From assembly GCA_964512145.1 (NCBI GenBank), contig CAZEIM010000008.1, positions 19,201-78,100 of the forward strand: 58,900 nucleotides of DNA. The letters are read 5' to 3'. This document shows, piece by piece, positions 58,692-58,900 of the stretch. Every line of letters begins with the position of its first letter. Position 1 is the stretch's first letter. Origin of the DNA: an uncultured Flavobacteriales bacterium. GTDB lineage: Bacteria > Bacteroidota > Bacteroidia > Flavobacteriales_G > JALEGO01. The position numbers and the translations under genes are program-made. The notes under the pieces were generated by a model, which had not been told where the DNA came from, searched no databases, and saw only the letters and a program-made list of their open reading frames with translations.

Positions 58692-58900
58692 TTGAGCTTT
58701 GTTTTGTTGATAATTTACATTTTTGGATTTTTTTACTTTATTACTAAATCCCCCTTGTTTAAAAAAACAGGCTTAAGTGCTCCGTTTTTATTATTAGCTT
58801 TTGTCATTAAGTTGATATTTTCATTTGTATTATTTGGCATGTACACATATTATTATAACGATAGAAGTACCGCTGATATATATAAATATTATGATGACGG
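58692..58900 (+). CDS. Partial membrane protein running off the right edge
   Basis: Manual translation from TTG gives MSFVLLIIYIFGFFYFITKSPLFKKTGLSAPFLLLAFVIKLIFSFVLFGMYTYYYNDRSTADIYKYYDD. A TAACTTCG promoter-like box lies at 58656-58663. Confidence 0.7.
   Translation, partial: MSFVLLIIYIFGFFYFITKSPLFKKTGLSAPFLLLAFVIKLIFSFVLFGMYTYYYNDRSTADIYKYYDD

Overview
This is an AT-rich Bacteroidota chromosomal segment, judged from the ruvA-sprA synteny, T9SS cargo proteins, TAnnTTTG promoter boxes and Gln following many signal peptides. The first 10.2 kb is one minus-strand ORF that the ORF track omits because it runs off the left edge. It encodes a secreted Gly/Thr/Asn-rich repeat protein of more than 3400 aa, with ~270-aa tandem repeats, ~900-1050-aa super-repeats and one inserted domain of GxGY repeats. 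The rest is mostly core and envelope genes: a PlsB-like acyltransferase and gpsA, the mutL-rhomboid-rhomboid-EEP operon, NlpC/P60, a propeller/Y_Y_Y/SpoIIE sensor phosphatase, a nitronate monooxygenase/FabK-like flavoenzyme and a DUF6089 barrel. It also carries T9SS-secreted proteins (S8 protease, PHB-depolymerase-type esterase, one unknown), Wzy-like, methyltransferase, GmhB-like, GltP-like, SelO, ruvA, sprA, dCMP deaminase and a TonB receptor with a DUF4249-like lipoprotein. The right end holds a FadL-like barrel with a low-complexity partner, FadD, a fascin-like/GT-C fusion and a GH73-LysM hydrolase. I saw no CRISPR array, rRNA, tRNA, integrase or transposase. The best leads are the giant protein and its insert, the low-complexity protein/stem-loop/barrel cassette, the beta-trefoil glycosyltransferase fusion, a MutL with an eroded endonuclease motif, and a perfect 42-bp palindrome. 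All family assignments come from motif recognition by eye, not from database searches.
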